Of a DNA stretch of 64,000 bases, positions 1 to 12,124 are shown in pieces; the first letter of the stretch is position 1, and each line of letters starts with the position of its first letter. Under the pieces are notes generated by a model. The model ran no database searches and had not been told where the DNA came from. It was given only the letters and a program-made list of their open reading frames with translations. The position numbers were made by a program, and so were the translations under genes. Source of the DNA: Octopus bimaculoides (Eukaryota); NCBI RefSeq assembly GCF_001194135.2, contig NC_068983.1, forward strand, positions 72,352,020 through 72,416,019, given 5' to 3'.

Positions 1-53
<53 letters not shown>

Positions 54-120
54 CATACATACATACATATATATATATAGATATATATACATACATACAC
101 ACACACACACATATATATAT
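1..120. repeat. Compound microsatellite (AT)n/(ATAC)n/(AC)n
   Basis: Directly visible simple repeats. Confidence 0.97.
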
Positions 121-230
121 ATATTCGTTTCGCAAGATTCTTGATGTGAATTTGTGTGTTGAAACCAATATTGTATTTGGGGATGGTCATGTTGCCACTT
201 TAGCCAATAAAAACATACGCACTATATAAA

Positions 231-536
231 GCTAGGAATGTAGTCTATAGTGTAAGATGTACAGAAGGATGGTGGAGTAACAAGACAATGACGTACATAG
301 GGGAAACAGCATGAAGCATAGGAGAGCAGGTAAACGAACATTGGAGGGAACTTAAGGAAGAGAAGAGCTCATCAGTTCTGTAACAACACACCGCGTAGGA
401 ACATGGGGACTCGCTCAACAACATAGAAGTTAAAATCTTATCCACACATAGAACAGACACAACGCTTAGAGAAATTACAGAAGCTACACACATAATAGAA
501 GATAAACCTAGGCTGAATAGGAAACTGGAATGGAAC
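231..536 (+). pseudogene. Penelope-like element GIY-YIG endonuclease remnant
   Basis: Manual translation ARNVVYSVRCTEGWWSNKTMTYIGETA*SIGEQVNEHWRELKEEKSSSVL*QHTA*EHGDSLNNIEVKILSTHRTDTTLREITEATHIIEDKPRLNRKLEWN. It contains the GIY-YIG motifs VVY, YIGET, EH, R..EA and P.LNR; three in-frame stops. Confidence 0.85.
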
Positions 537-926
537 ACTAGCGCCCATCCCAACACACCACAACCTATGACAAAATAAGATCCCCATAAACTGATAATAA
601 TATGAATATAATACAATACACAGATAAATAAATGGAACTAAATAACTATATACATTAACAAAATAAATTAAATTAAATTAAATACAAAAAAAGAAAGAAA
701 AGACGAAAAAATAAGTAGATATAAATAAACAAATGGACAAAATAAATAAGAGAAAATTAAACGAACGTGTATAAACAAGGGATACTGATAATACAGGCGT
801 ATTCCCCACACACACACTTACTAACCATAGACACACACATGAACAAATAAAGACACATACAATAGGAATACAAAATAGCTGATCATTAGTAAGGAAATAC
901 ACACAAAAAAGAAAGAAAGCAAAGGA

Positions 927-966
927 CCACTGATGAGGTCACAGAAGTGTGACAAAAGAACTCTGG
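927..966 (+). ncRNA. Degenerate minimal type I hammerhead ribozyme motif
   Basis: cca-CTGATGA-g-gtcaca(gaag)tgtgac-aAAA-gaac-TC-tgg. Stem II has 6 bp and stem I 3 bp; the GAAA core reads AAAA. Confidence 0.55.
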
Positions 967-1074
967 CTGAAATACGATTAATATGAAATAAAGCTGAAGC
1001 AAGTGAACACCAAATATATAGTGCATGTGTTTTCATTGGCTAAACTGGCAACATTACCATCCCCAAATACAACA

Positions 1075-1125
<51 letters not shown>

Positions 1126-1334
1126 AACAGAAGAAACAAGTGTATGGTGTGCTAGTGAAGTTTCACTTTTGATTAAATTTTGTATTTGTCTACACTTCTA
1201 TTCAGTACTTTTTCTTGTGTTAATATTCATTAACATGGTTTCACTTATTCAATCCGTGTGCATGCATGCGTGTGTGTGTGTGTGTGTAATTAATACGTAG
1301 ATATAAATAAATCCAAAACATGTTTATTATAAAG

Positions 1335-1352
1335 TGAAGTGTTGGCATATAT
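1335..1352 (+). CDS. Candidate micro-exon (18 nt, phase 2->2; EVLAY) of unidentified host gene
   Basis: ttattataaAG|...|GTAAGT; phase matches the next candidate exon; acceptor only moderate. Confidence 0.3.
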
Positions 1353-1574
1353 GTAAGTTAGTAGGAATGCAAATTTCAATGATTATTTGATAATCTCTGT
1401 AAATCCAAGTAAATATTAAATGTTAATTAACATTGACATTATTATAAAGCTAGTTAATGATAGAGACAGTGTTGAATTCATGACCTTGCATAATAGTTAA
1501 TCAAAAGTCCTTACAGCACAAAATAAATATTTTTCTTGACAATGATAACCACACAGAAATTATGACAAGATTTA

Positions 1575-1762
1575 TGAACTAACAAGGGAGCACAAGAAAT
1601 AGCTACCAAATTTCCCTCACAATATAATCCTACTGACTAAAGGAAGGACACATTAGATGATGTAATGTCTCAAAATAAGAAGGGGATGGTCATGATTAGA
1701 ATGTTTAATCATAGGCCTCTTAATTCAAGCTCACTTGTGGCCAACCAATAACAACAAAACAA
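1575..1762 (+). mobile_element. ~200-bp interspersed repeat family E (LINE-tail-like, (AAC)n end)
   Basis: Similar to 8 other copies in the window (ctagaaatagcagccaaat..ggaaggacacatt..gatcataggtctg). Confidence 0.6.
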
Positions 1763-2264
1763 TTACAATTTAACATTAGATGGTAGATGGAAAATTTTCT
1801 GTTATCTTATTTACAACATTTTCCATAGAAAAATGAAAGTTAAATTACACATCTAACTCACAAAGCTTCCTTCCATAGTAGCAAAGCAGGGAAAGAAATC
1901 TGAGAAACTCAATCAGTAGCTTCTACCATGTAACACCACAAACCAATGAGGGAAACTCTACATTGTTACTTAACTTGTTAGAAATAGAAATTACATATCC
2001 TTTAAATCACAACCTACCACCATAATTAAGATAGACATTTTAGAGAATATGATCCTATATACACTGCAAAAAGATGTATTGTCTGAATAAAGGCATGATT
2101 GTAATATATATGAGATTTCTTTGATCAAAGGTGAGGGCTAACAGCAACTACTACTACAAACTATAAAAATTATTGCTGTTGTATGTTTGCTTATTCTTTT
2201 TGTGTCTACTCATAAATGAAGTATCTCGGGAGAACAACAGATTTTAGCAGCTTAATTTATTCAT

Positions 2265-2420
2265 TTTGCTTAGCTTCAGGTCAGCTCTGATTCAGCAGAC
2301 CTATGATCAAAGACCATCTAATTGTAACTATCCTGTCTGAATTTTTTTATATGATAGATTTGAAGATCTGGATGCTATTTCTTGCAGATCAAGCAGCCAC
2401 ATAGTGGCTCCTTTATTGAT
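2265..2420 (-). mobile_element. Family E repeat copy
   Basis: Reverse-complement similarity to 1575-1762. Confidence 0.55.
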
Positions 2421-2840
2421 TTAGACCTGTTGTTGGCTTGTGTCAGCTTAGGTTTTGTATGAAGATAACAAGCAATGATTTGACAATCATTTTGCAATGA
2501 CAAGGGCGATGTTGGATGCACATTCTTCTGTTTTATTAAAACTTTTTTTAAATATCATTCTATTTATGATCAGTATTTGAATTCATTTTGCACTATCAAC
2601 TATTAGACTCACAAATGTCCAAAAGCAATTGAATGTTTATGTACTAATGAATGAAATTACTTCTATTGTATTTCATGTTTCATTTAACCAATTTCATTCA
2701 TGTTTAAACTCCATGTTATACGGAAGCAGGTTATATAATACCCAGAAAATTTGTTTTAAAAAGGGCAAAATTTCAACACCTGCTCCAAATGAAAAATTTG
2801 TTTTTGCTATTTATGTATTTATTTTGTTCCATTGGTTTAG

Positions 2841-2887
2841 TCAGGAAGAGGGAGTTGTATCCATGAACTTCAGAAGACCCAAATCTG
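2841..2887 (+). CDS. Candidate exon (47 nt, phase 2->1; QEEGVVSMNFRRPKS)
   Basis: T-rich acceptor atttattttgttccattggtttAG, donor CTG|GTGAGA, GC-richer than flanks. Confidence 0.5.
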
Positions 2888-4615
2888 GTGAGATAATGTG
2901 ATTTGAGTTCAGCTTGAATATCTGTTAAGTTTCATGTCTGCAGGAAGAACAGAAGTAAGAATAATATTCTAGAGTGTTGACATTGGGCACAGTGGTCAGT
3001 GGGGAACAGGTCAATACATGAGCAACAAAATGTGGAGAGATGAGTGCGTGTCAGATGGATGTGCCTGGCATGTAAGTAACAAGTTCTGAGGAACCAAGAA
3101 TGTTGTAGGAGCAATAAAAAAATGGCAGTATAAGATGACAGCATAACAGTTAGCTAGCTGCTGTAGTGTGTTGGTGAATGAGTTTCTGCTAATTAGTCAG
3201 ATGGCAGTCTTTTGGATATGGTCTAATAATTATTGATAATAAAACACTTAGATTTCTAGCTTCAATAGTTTCCAAGATATCAAAAGAGATATTGAAGCAA
3301 TCAACCAAGCAAACAATTAGACAAAAAAAAAATCATTTGGATATTTCAAAAGGGAAGTAATGATGGTTGCAGTGTACAATTACTAACATCTCCTGAGTGA
3401 GATGTAAAGTTCACAAAATGGAACAAATCTCTGTTAATGTGCTGTGCAAAAAGACAGGCTTTCTCTGAAACATTAAACCTCTCCTGTTCCAAGAGGACAC
3501 CCTCTTATATTATTTTCTAGATTTTATAGAACTGAATATATTGACACAGAACACCACTTGAATTCTTATGTTCTAATGTTTTACAATTACACTAGCATAA
3601 ATCATAAAAATACATTAGTATCCCTAAATATGCCTCTTAAAAAATTGTGCATTAAGAAAGAATTATTTTAACACTTTCAAGATTTATTAAATGTTATCAA
3701 ACTAGTGAGCAATTTTTTAACCAAGTAAGACAAAAATCTAAAATTTTCAACATATTTCTTTCATTCTCAAGATATTTATAGAAATACTTACTGGCTTCTA
3801 TTCTATTTTTAGAAGATGATTATGAAACATTGACAACTGATTTAAGAATATTTCAATGTCACTTTCAATATACAAATGACTCTGCAATTACAAGCAGCCT
3901 CACTTTTTATTTCATTTCTATTTATCTCTTTCCCGCATATTCATTAACACTCTTTCACTTTTCTAACATTGGCTTTTCTTTTTTCTTTCTTTCCACATCA
4001 ATTCCTCCAGCTTCTACTCAATAATTCCCAATATTCCCATGTGATAAATTTAATACTGGTAAATCTCAGACATATTTTCAAAATTGACAACTTGCCAAAA
4101 AACTTCACTAGAAAAAGAAGCTAATTTTAAAAAAAGGAGAAAAAATTTATTCGAAATATATGTATGAGTGTCTGTCATAAATAACACAGCAGAGCCTATT
4201 TGTATCAAAAATACTTAAAAACATTGACTATTCCTGACATTATCTTAAATTAGAACAGGACTAAAAATGCCTTATAGTATTTAGTTTTATCCTTCTATTT
4301 TTGTATTCAAATCTCACAAGGTTTGATTTTGCTTTTCTTCCTGCCAAAGTTGATAACATAAATACCAGTCACATAATGGGGTTGAGTTATTCAACAATAT
4401 CCTACTCACACAATCACTACAAATATGTGGTCTTATACCATTGTGAGAAATCAATATGATTTCTATCAAAATAAAGTATATAATACATGCACTTTCAGCA
4501 TAACCACACTCACCAGCAGTAACAATATTTTCATCTTACTAGCTCTACAGTAACAGATCATTAGCAATAGGCAGAACCTCAGAAACCTCATCCCTACTGT
4601 TTAGAGATATATATA

Positions 4616-5671
4616 TGTAAAAGAACGACCGTGCGAACCAAAGGAGATGGCGATGAAGTGGAAGATGACTCCTTTAAAAGCGTTGCACGATCGAACACAA
4701 AAACATGTTATATAACATTGAAGGCTCGCCGTGAGTGATGCGAGCCAAGTGCCAGTAAAAGGAACAAGAGAGTGACAGACAACCGTTAGATATATAAAGA
4801 GAGTAAGTTTATTAACATAGTGAAACTATATTGTCTGTGTGTGCGTGCATGCGGCATATATATAAATAACACAATACATAAGTCAGGCCTTCGTGTAAGC
4901 AAGAGTATGTATACAACAATATGAATGATGGACCGTCGTATAAGCAAGAGTGTGTGTACAATATGTGTGTGTGTGAGAGAGAGGAATACAGAACAGAAAG
5001 AGTGTCTGTAACATAGACTATAAAAGTCCTAAACACAGAGATAGAGAAATACTAGTTCGTATAAGAGTTACACAAGAGATAGAATGTTCATACGCAGGAA
5101 GTTGTTGCCGAGAGAGCAGAGCTGTGGTGTCACATGTTGTGTGTGTTGAGCGTTGATGCTGCGACCGGTTACCTGGTACAGAATATTCCTGCAGGTTGGT
5201 ACTGACTGTTAACTTTGTGGTGGAAATAATCCACTCATACAGTGTCAAAATGAAACCACGTTTGTTGTGGACTCTGGTGGTGGTGTTGCTGGCGACAACA
5301 TTGTGGTACACAGTACTTTGGTGGTGATGATGTCGTCACTGGAAACTGGCTGGAGCTGTGTTCTGTATGTGGTCAGCGACCAGACCTGTGAGAGGTCTGA
5401 AATCATGACAACTGGCATAGTTGGAGCAGGCTTATTTATAGATAAACAAGGGCTCCAGAAAACAGGCAGAAATCACTCTCTTACGTGACCTTATTAGAAG
5501 GCCACAATTGGACTGTATGCACCCTGGTGTGAAACAGAACTGGTGATGATTGCCTCGCAAATGAGAACCAATCAGGGTGGTGGACACAAGGGTCTAAGGC
5601 AGCCGAAGGCTGGATGTTAGCCGCTTCGTTATCATTTGTGATTGAATGCCCGAGAAAGAGGTTTCACTACA
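4616..5671 (-). mobile_element. Probable solo LTR
   Basis: TGTA...TACA termini and CpG-rich relative to flanks. The minus strand has TATAAATA (5433-5440) and AATAAA (4808-4813), and a CCAAT motif lies at 5568-5572. No clear TSD. Confidence 0.6.
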
Positions 5672-6013
5672 TACTCTTTAGAATGATTTACGAGTCAACA
5701 ATCATGTTAATGACACTACAGTTAGTAGTTAAATTTATAGCAATGCAATTAATGAATGATGATATTTATAGCACTAATAATCTGCATTAGTTGAAATTAG
5801 AAAAGCCGCAGCATTGAAACTTGGCATCCTTTTCAAAGTACTGTATCTGAGTAACAAGTTATTATTGAAAGGGTGCAGGCATGACCATGTGGTTAAGGAG
5901 CTTGTTTTTTAATCATGTGATGCATATATAATTAGTATGTTTGTGTTTGTATGATACCTATATTGTGAAACAATAATTATTTGGGAAACTTAAATGTACA
6001 CCATTATGAATAT

Positions 6014-6015
<2 letters not shown>

Positions 6016-6054
<39 letters not shown>

Positions 6055-6070
6055 TGTGTGTGTGTGTGTA

Positions 6071-6102
<32 letters not shown>

Positions 6103-6118
6103 TGTCTGTGTGTGTGTC
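6016..6118. repeat. (GA)n/(GT)n microsatellite
   Basis: Directly visible. Confidence 0.97.
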
Positions 6119-6179
6119 AGCCTTTGTATTGAGGGTTATATTTTTATATATGCCACTTGTTTTCTTGTTTTGGTAACCG

Positions 6180-6330
6180 CTGTTGTTATTTATCCCTGAC
6201 AAAGGCAAACCTATGATCAAGGGTGTTCCAGATATGACCACTACATCTTATATTAAGATAGTAAATCTAATACTGCATTAGCCAATATGTCCTTCCATTT
6301 TTCAAATAGCAAAACATTATGAGGGAGATT
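6180..6330 (-). mobile_element. Family E repeat copy
   Basis: Similarity to the other family E copies. Confidence 0.5.
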
Positions 6331-6504
6331 TGATAGTTATTCCTAGCAAACTGATTGACCAAGTAAAGACTGTCTCACTGGCTTTGTGATAATGTGTTTA
6401 GCTATGTATTTTTAGATGCCAGCATGGAAAGCAGATGTTAAACAATGATGATCTGTGATGTTATTACTGTGAATCTTGCTGGTGTCAGTGATTTACAGGC
6501 TGCT

Positions 6505-6725
6505 TTTGTTGTTGATGTTCTCGTTCTTGTTTACTCCCAGGTCAGTTCAGTTCAAGCAGATCTATGATCAAAGGCATTCAATCTTTTTGTGTATCAAGGA
6601 CTACATTATCTAAAGTGTCCTTTTTTTTAAGATACAAGGTTGCAATTTGAGGAATATTTGGCTGTGATTTCTAGCAGGGCTAGTGACCATACAGAGAACA
6701 CCCTTGCTAGCTTATTGTTATTCAT
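6505..6725 (-). mobile_element. Family E repeat copy
   Basis: gttgttgttg..cagatctatgatcaaaggcattc..gtgtcctt..gatttctagcagg. Confidence 0.6.
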
Positions 6726-7144
6726 GATATCTTTGGAGACATTGAAAATGTTTGCTCTTCTAAATGTGTTAATGGTGGTGATTTGGTATGTGATTTAGTG
6801 TGTGTGGATAGGTGGGGGGTCACTTGTAGACTTGTTATTTTCATTGTGTATAGCTAACAGTTATAAATGAGTTTCTAATGGGATTATGTATAGTCCTTTG
6901 TTGCTGGTTGAAATCACAATATGGTATTTTTTTATCGATTATATATGCATTTAGTTATGTATGGTAAGAAGAAACCAAATAGAATTTGCATATCCCAATA
7001 CAGTTGTTTTGTAAGATTAATTTCTTTGTATTAACTACAAATGAAGGATGTTTTTTTCTCTTCTGTTGTTTTCTGCATATTCTAAAAGAAATATTATATG
7101 GCAGTTTTGAGTCAGAACTGAGTGCCAGTCCTTCCAGATGCTTC

Positions 7145-7179
7145 CAGTGAAGAAATACATAAAATGTATTTCTTCACTG
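7145..7179. repeat. Perfect 16-bp inverted repeat, 3-nt loop
   Basis: CAGTGAAGAAATACAT-aaa-ATGTATTTCTTCACTG. Confidence 0.95.
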
Positions 7180-7198
7180 CTCGTGTGAAGTGGTGCAA

Positions 7199-7303
7199 GT
7201 TCCTTTGGATATTTTGCATGTTCCTTTGGATACTTTACATGTTCCTTTGAATATTTTGCAAGTTTCTTTGGATATTTTGCAAGTTCTTTTGGATATTTTG
7301 CAT
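7199..7303. repeat. 21-bp minisatellite, 5 units
   Basis: Unit gttcctttggatattttgca(t/a), 0-2 mismatches per unit. Confidence 0.95.
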
Positions 7304-7844
7304 ACTGAAAAAAGCATGAATTTAGTTGTGCTCAGTTATGTGTGTGTGTATGTATTTGCATGTGTGCATATGAGATGAATTTGTGTGTGAGTGCATGGAT
7401 ATGTCTGTATATATGCATGGTTTTATGATGTATGCATATGTTTAATATAAGTTTCATGTGTGTATATAGTAAAATTGGTGTTTGTATTTATATCTATATA
7501 AAAGGATGGAATAAATAACTCAGATATCTTAATGTTAAAATAGAAAGAGAAGATAATACTTTCCTTTGGAGTTCCATACTTTTTTCTTTGGTGGTTTGGA
7601 AGGTAGAGTAAAGATGTATAATAGATATTGTATGTGTTTTACTTTCTGAAATAAAGTGTATTTTATTATGGGATTGTGTCTTTATAAGCTTTTATAAAGT
7701 ATGCACGTGATAGCTATTTTGAACAGTTTGAAGTCGAAGTGATTTTGTTCAAGCCCCAGATGATTAAGGGCCTTATATCTTGTCACAAGCTTGAGTTGTG
7801 TAAAAGCATGGATTTTCTCTGTAGATAGATGGAAAGCATATTTA

Positions 7845-8000
7845 GTTGTTGTTATTATTCTCTAGCTCCAGGTCAGCATAATCAACCAAACTTCTGGTCA
7901 AAAGTATTCTAGCCATGATCATCCTGTTTTTTTCCTTTCAAACATAGTTTCATCTGATGCGTTTTTCTCCTTTTAAGAGAGAGGATGTAATTTTTATTTG
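7845..8000 (-). mobile_element. Family E repeat copy (degenerate)
   Basis: ctccaggtcagc..ggtcaaaagtattctagccatgatcatcctg. Confidence 0.5.
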
Positions 8001-8829
8001 CACCAAAAATTTTCCAAATATGCAGCGAACAGGTTGTCAACAAGTTTATCAAGACACATGTAGCATTTAAAAGAAGGTGGTTCAGCTCTTTTAAAATACA
8101 ATAGTCAGCTTTGGTAGAAAAAACCCCCCAAAAAAACTAGCTCATTCAGGCATGGAATGTGCCAGAATTTCATGAGATGTCCATTGTGCTTAAATGAAAA
8201 ATACTTTATCCTATTAGAGGGTAAATCTACATTGAACTAAATATTTGAGTTTTTGAGCTATAGACTCTCTTCAAAATTTTTGATTTCTAAGCTTTTATCA
8301 TTGAATGGCTAAACAACTTACAAAAGCTTTGCCAATTCTCATTGCTCAATGTGACTCACTAATTTAATATAACTTTTTCTTTTTCTTTTCTGCAATATTT
8401 TAATTCCAACATTCAAATTCGATGTAATTGTTATATTATATTATATATTATATATTGTATTTTACTTTTTACCCTTCTATATGATCATTCAATGTCCAAG
8501 ATACATATTACATACACATTGATTATTATTTATTATTATCTATCATTAGATATTTTCACTTTATTTCAACACTCATGCTCTGTCTAAGTATATGTATGTA
8601 TATATGTGAATGTATGTAGGTATGTATATGTATACATATACATAGAAAAGCTACCACCTCCAGCATGTGTGACTAAGTAAAGCAGTCATGAACAAGCTGT
8701 ACCCCAATGGACTGAACGCAGCCTGTTTGACTTTCTGAATGGCATGCCTAATTTCATAAGGAAAATAACATTGGTAAAAATTTTGTCTGTTTTGTTTCAT
8801 TCTCACATGTTCACTAACACTAACACTCA

Positions 8830-8876
<47 letters not shown>

Positions 8877-9621
8877 ACTCAAAGAAGTTTGCAGAAGCTG
8901 GTGTCAAAGGGGACTAACTGTTAAATGCCCAACTAACCTCAATTGCTATAAATGTCTGTTGTGTTATGGACACTCCAAGCAGAAAAATATAAATATTTGC
9001 CAGTGTCGGTCATCTGTATAATTTTTAGCATGCCTCAGTGTCAATTCGCAACTATTCAAACATTCAAGAGCCTTAAATTGCATTCTTTAATCTGGGACAT
9101 CATATAAAAGAATGAAAATTATTGATATAATGTTCAAATTTCTGTTTCTACCACTTATGATGAACTGTTGCGATAATTTGGCTACAGTAACTGAACTTGC
9201 ATGTCATATACTGCTGTAAGGCAAGATTGACAAATCTTTACTTTCAAAGTGCAAGTGTGCAAAGCTGTGCTACACAGTATGTACATATACTTACAGTCAT
9301 TGAATTATTGGAACAGGTCATTTTATGTGGTAAAAGCACAAAGAAATTGAACATTAAATCAATAACATATTTTTAATATTTTAAATTTTGATATCACAAC
9401 TCATGGCTTCATCTGAAAAAAAAAGTGGGGAAGATTTCTGAAGAAATGAAAAATATTGCAGAAAAAGTGAACAAATGATTACTCTGAATCCATCTGCACT
9501 TTTAAAGAATTTAACATAAAGCAGCATTATGCTGCAAAACATTCAAGGTATAATAAATTTAAAGGAGATATTAATAAACAAGAAATTGAAACCCTCAAGA
9601 GATCGGTACCATAAATAATAT

Positions 9622-9828
9622 GCTGATCATGTATGAAAAAATGGAGACCACCTCCCCCTGTGGGATGAAATTAAAATAATAGACAGAGAACATCACTGGA
9701 TAATATGAAAACTAAAAGAAGCAATACATATGCTAGGACACAACAACCTCCTAAGCAGACTGAGTGCAGATATGAATACCATATGGGAATCGGTATTAAG
9801 GAAGGATAGGAAAATATTAGATTTATAA
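9622..9828 (+). pseudogene. Penelope-like GIY-YIG C-terminal fragment nested in the hAT
   Basis: ADHV*KNGDHLPLWDEIKIIDREHHWII*KLKEAIHMLG/NLLSRLSADMNTIWESVLRK matches the PLE endonuclease tail pattern H..W..KI.D.E..W..RK.KEAI. Confidence 0.7.
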
Positions 9829-9858
9829 GCCCTAAAAATTCACTCCATAATTGCCCAC

Positions 9859-9924
9859 GAGCATATGGTGTAATGGTTAAGAGCGCGGGCTACTAACCCC
9901 AAGATTCCGAGTTCGATTCCAGGC
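9859..9924 (+). mobile_element. tRNA-derived SINE head
   Basis: A-box tggtgtaatgg, B-box gagttcgattcc, anticodon-like stem-loop; no acceptor stem. Confidence 0.65.
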
Positions 9925-11121
9925 ATAATAATATTAATAATAACAACATTGAAAAATAATTTAGAAACGTGCAAATGTTATGCATGCAGTTGTTTCAAGC
10001 ATAAATTTCATAAAATCCTGAGCACTTAACCATCACCAATTTAAAGAGTTCTCAGTAGAACTTGAATCAGAGTATGACTATCTGGTTTACTACTGTGTAA
10101 TTAATTGACAGGCTACGCAAAGGAAAGATGCTTCAACAGTTTTATACCCCCAGAGAAGAGGTATGCACCTTCTTAGAAATGAAGGATAAATTTGTCCTCA
10201 AGCTGAAGTATGATAACTGGATTGGTGACCTGGCACTGTTCATAGATATCACTATCCATTTAAATTATCTCAATTTCAAATTGCAAAGACAACACCAGTT
10301 GATTCATGGGATGTATTCTCTTGTCAAAGTTTTTGAAACAAAACTTGAAATTTGAGAGAATCAACTCAGGATTAATGTCACTTTTCATTTTCCCACACTA
10401 GACAGTCACAGGGAGTCTGGACACAATGGTTTTGCTGTGGAATTAAGGGAGTTAAAAAAAAATGTGTAAACCAGATTTAAAGACTTCAAAGCTAGAAAAA
10501 CTGATTTTAACCTTTGTGGAAAGCCATTTTATGTCAATGTTGAAAAAATAGTATGAAAGGAACAGCAAAGAGAACTACTTAAACTTCAGCATGATGAATT
10601 TTGTGGTAAAAATTTATTGACAAATGTTTATTGAAATGTTATGGAACTCTTCCTGAAGGAAACTACATGAAAATAGTGTGCTTTCCTAGAAATTATGTCT
10701 CTCTGTTTGGTATACATGTTATTTGTATAAATGTGAACAACCTTTTACTAGAATGAAAATAACAGTCAATAACTAGGTCAAAACTGATAGACATTTAACT
10801 CAAAAGACAATTTATGAGTTGCAACATTGAAAATATCTGTAAATATTGAAAAAGTTGTAAAAAAAAAGTACAATAATGCTAAGCTTCTCACTAAATATTA
10901 CAATGTTTCCTGTCTGTATTTTGATGAACTGTGTTTCAGTCATTGTGAGAGTTTTAGTCAAACTATTTTCCTCATCTATGTTGATAATTTTTGTTATCAT
11001 ATTTTAGTCATTATGCTCTGCCCAACTTGTCAGGTCATGTTAATTCGTTTTTCAATTTCTTTTTTATGAAGTTGCTTCTCTTCAATCAGGTTACCATTTC
11101 CACCCCAGTACCATAACTTCA

Positions 11122-11339
11122 CCCGTTAGTATTCAGATTATTTTGTCATATATAATGCTTCTTTATTTCCATTGTTTTGAATTAATCAAATGTTAGCCCA
11201 TAAATTCAAAATTTCGATAATGTGGTTCATTATTTTTAGAATTATATTGTAGCGTAGGTGTGTGAGGCTGTATCTGGCCAGTTTAAACAAAACAGGTAGA
11301 ATATTTGGGCTGGATATGGCCAGTTTAAATGCTAAAGGC
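11122..11339. mobile_element. piggyBac-like MITE
   Basis: ttca|cccgttagtattc ... aatgctaaaggc|ttaa; same family as 20793-21203. Confidence 0.65.
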
Positions 11340-11502
11340 TTAAAACTGTTTGAATAAACCAGACATAACAATGATTAAGTACAGTGTTTCTTGAATTTTA
11401 ACTTTTCAATGAAAGTAATGCTTACAGAATTTAAACCACTGGTCATTGTCACAAAGGAAGCTCATATGTATAAACATCTTTTGCTTTACAAATGGGAAAC
11501 AT

Positions 11503-11678
11503 TCATCATCATCATTATCATCGTTTAACGTCCGCTTTCCATGCTGCCATGGGTTGGATGGTTTGACTGAGGACTGACAAGCCAGGAGGCTGCACCAGGC
11601 TCCAATCTGACCTGGCAAGGTTTCTATAGCTGGATGCCCTTCCTAATGCCAACCACTCCAAGAGTGTAGTGGGTGCTT
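11503..11678 (-). mobile_element. RTE LINE 3'-tail copy
   Basis: Matches the 3' UTR of the RTE at 44780-45822; (ATC)n tail. Confidence 0.85.
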
Positions 11679-12124
11679 GTCACTTTGTACCCAGAACAAT
11701 GTCCTTTGACCTCCTAAGGCAATAAAAACTGAAGACAAGATTCTTTCTGTGATGATTCTAAAATACAAGCTGTTATGGACTATGTTTGATTTTTGCAGAT
11801 AATAAAGGTGCATAGATTATGAATTTTGATTGAAGAGATGAGGCCTTGAAACAAAAAATTGCTGGGACCTCTAAAAGTCATGCGACAGCCCTGCCTTCAT
11901 GTGTCACCTGGTTGACTATATGGGTGACTAAACTATAGCCTACACTGCCAGATATTTTAAGCATCTCAGCAGTGATTCCTGATGAGCCAGGAACTTTCCC
12001 TGTCTTCATAATGATTTTATTTTCTCTAGAGAAGAAATATATTTTTTTCTTTTAGAAAAATATTTTTTACAATCAAATGAATAAATTAGAAACAAATCTT
12101 ACTACTTTTTATGTATATTTTCAT

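Larger units (their letters stand above)
121..1072 (+). mobile_element. 5'-truncated Penelope-like retroelement with inverted terminal repeat
   Basis: GIY-YIG remnant plus hammerhead-like motif (927-966), bounded by a 58-bp inverted repeat (171-228 vs 1015-1072, 5 mismatches). Confidence 0.7.
9403..10800 (+). pseudogene. hAT (SPIN/Buster, GTF2IRD2-like) transposase remnant, interrupted
   Basis: N-terminus MASSEKK..EFNIKQHYAAKHSRYNKFKGDINKQEIETLKRS (9403-9606). C-terminal part NVMHAVVSSINFIKS*ALNHHQFKEF..ESEYDYLVYYC..KMLQQFYTPREEVCTFLEMK..WIGDLALFIDITIHLNYLNFKLQ..RFKDFK..KPFYVNVE..CEQPFTRMK (9965-10800). Many stops and frameshifts. Confidence 0.85.

Noticed and set aside
245-616. 123-aa minus-strand ORF
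   Set aside because: Antisense shadow of the GIY-YIG remnant on the + strand
2944-2954. 11-nt micro-exon (cag|gaagaacagaa|gtaaga); also candidates 3813-3857, 11799-11807, 43626-43690 and 46222-46306
   Set aside because: Implausibly short upstream intron, weak donors or ambiguous frames; within pseudo-exon noise
7190-7378. ORF with VPLDILH heptad repeats
   Set aside because: Simply the translation of a 21-bp minisatellite; no splice or homology support
9859-9924. tRNA-Ser(ACT)-like gene
   Set aside because: No acceptor stem and a broken T-stem; better explained as a SINE head
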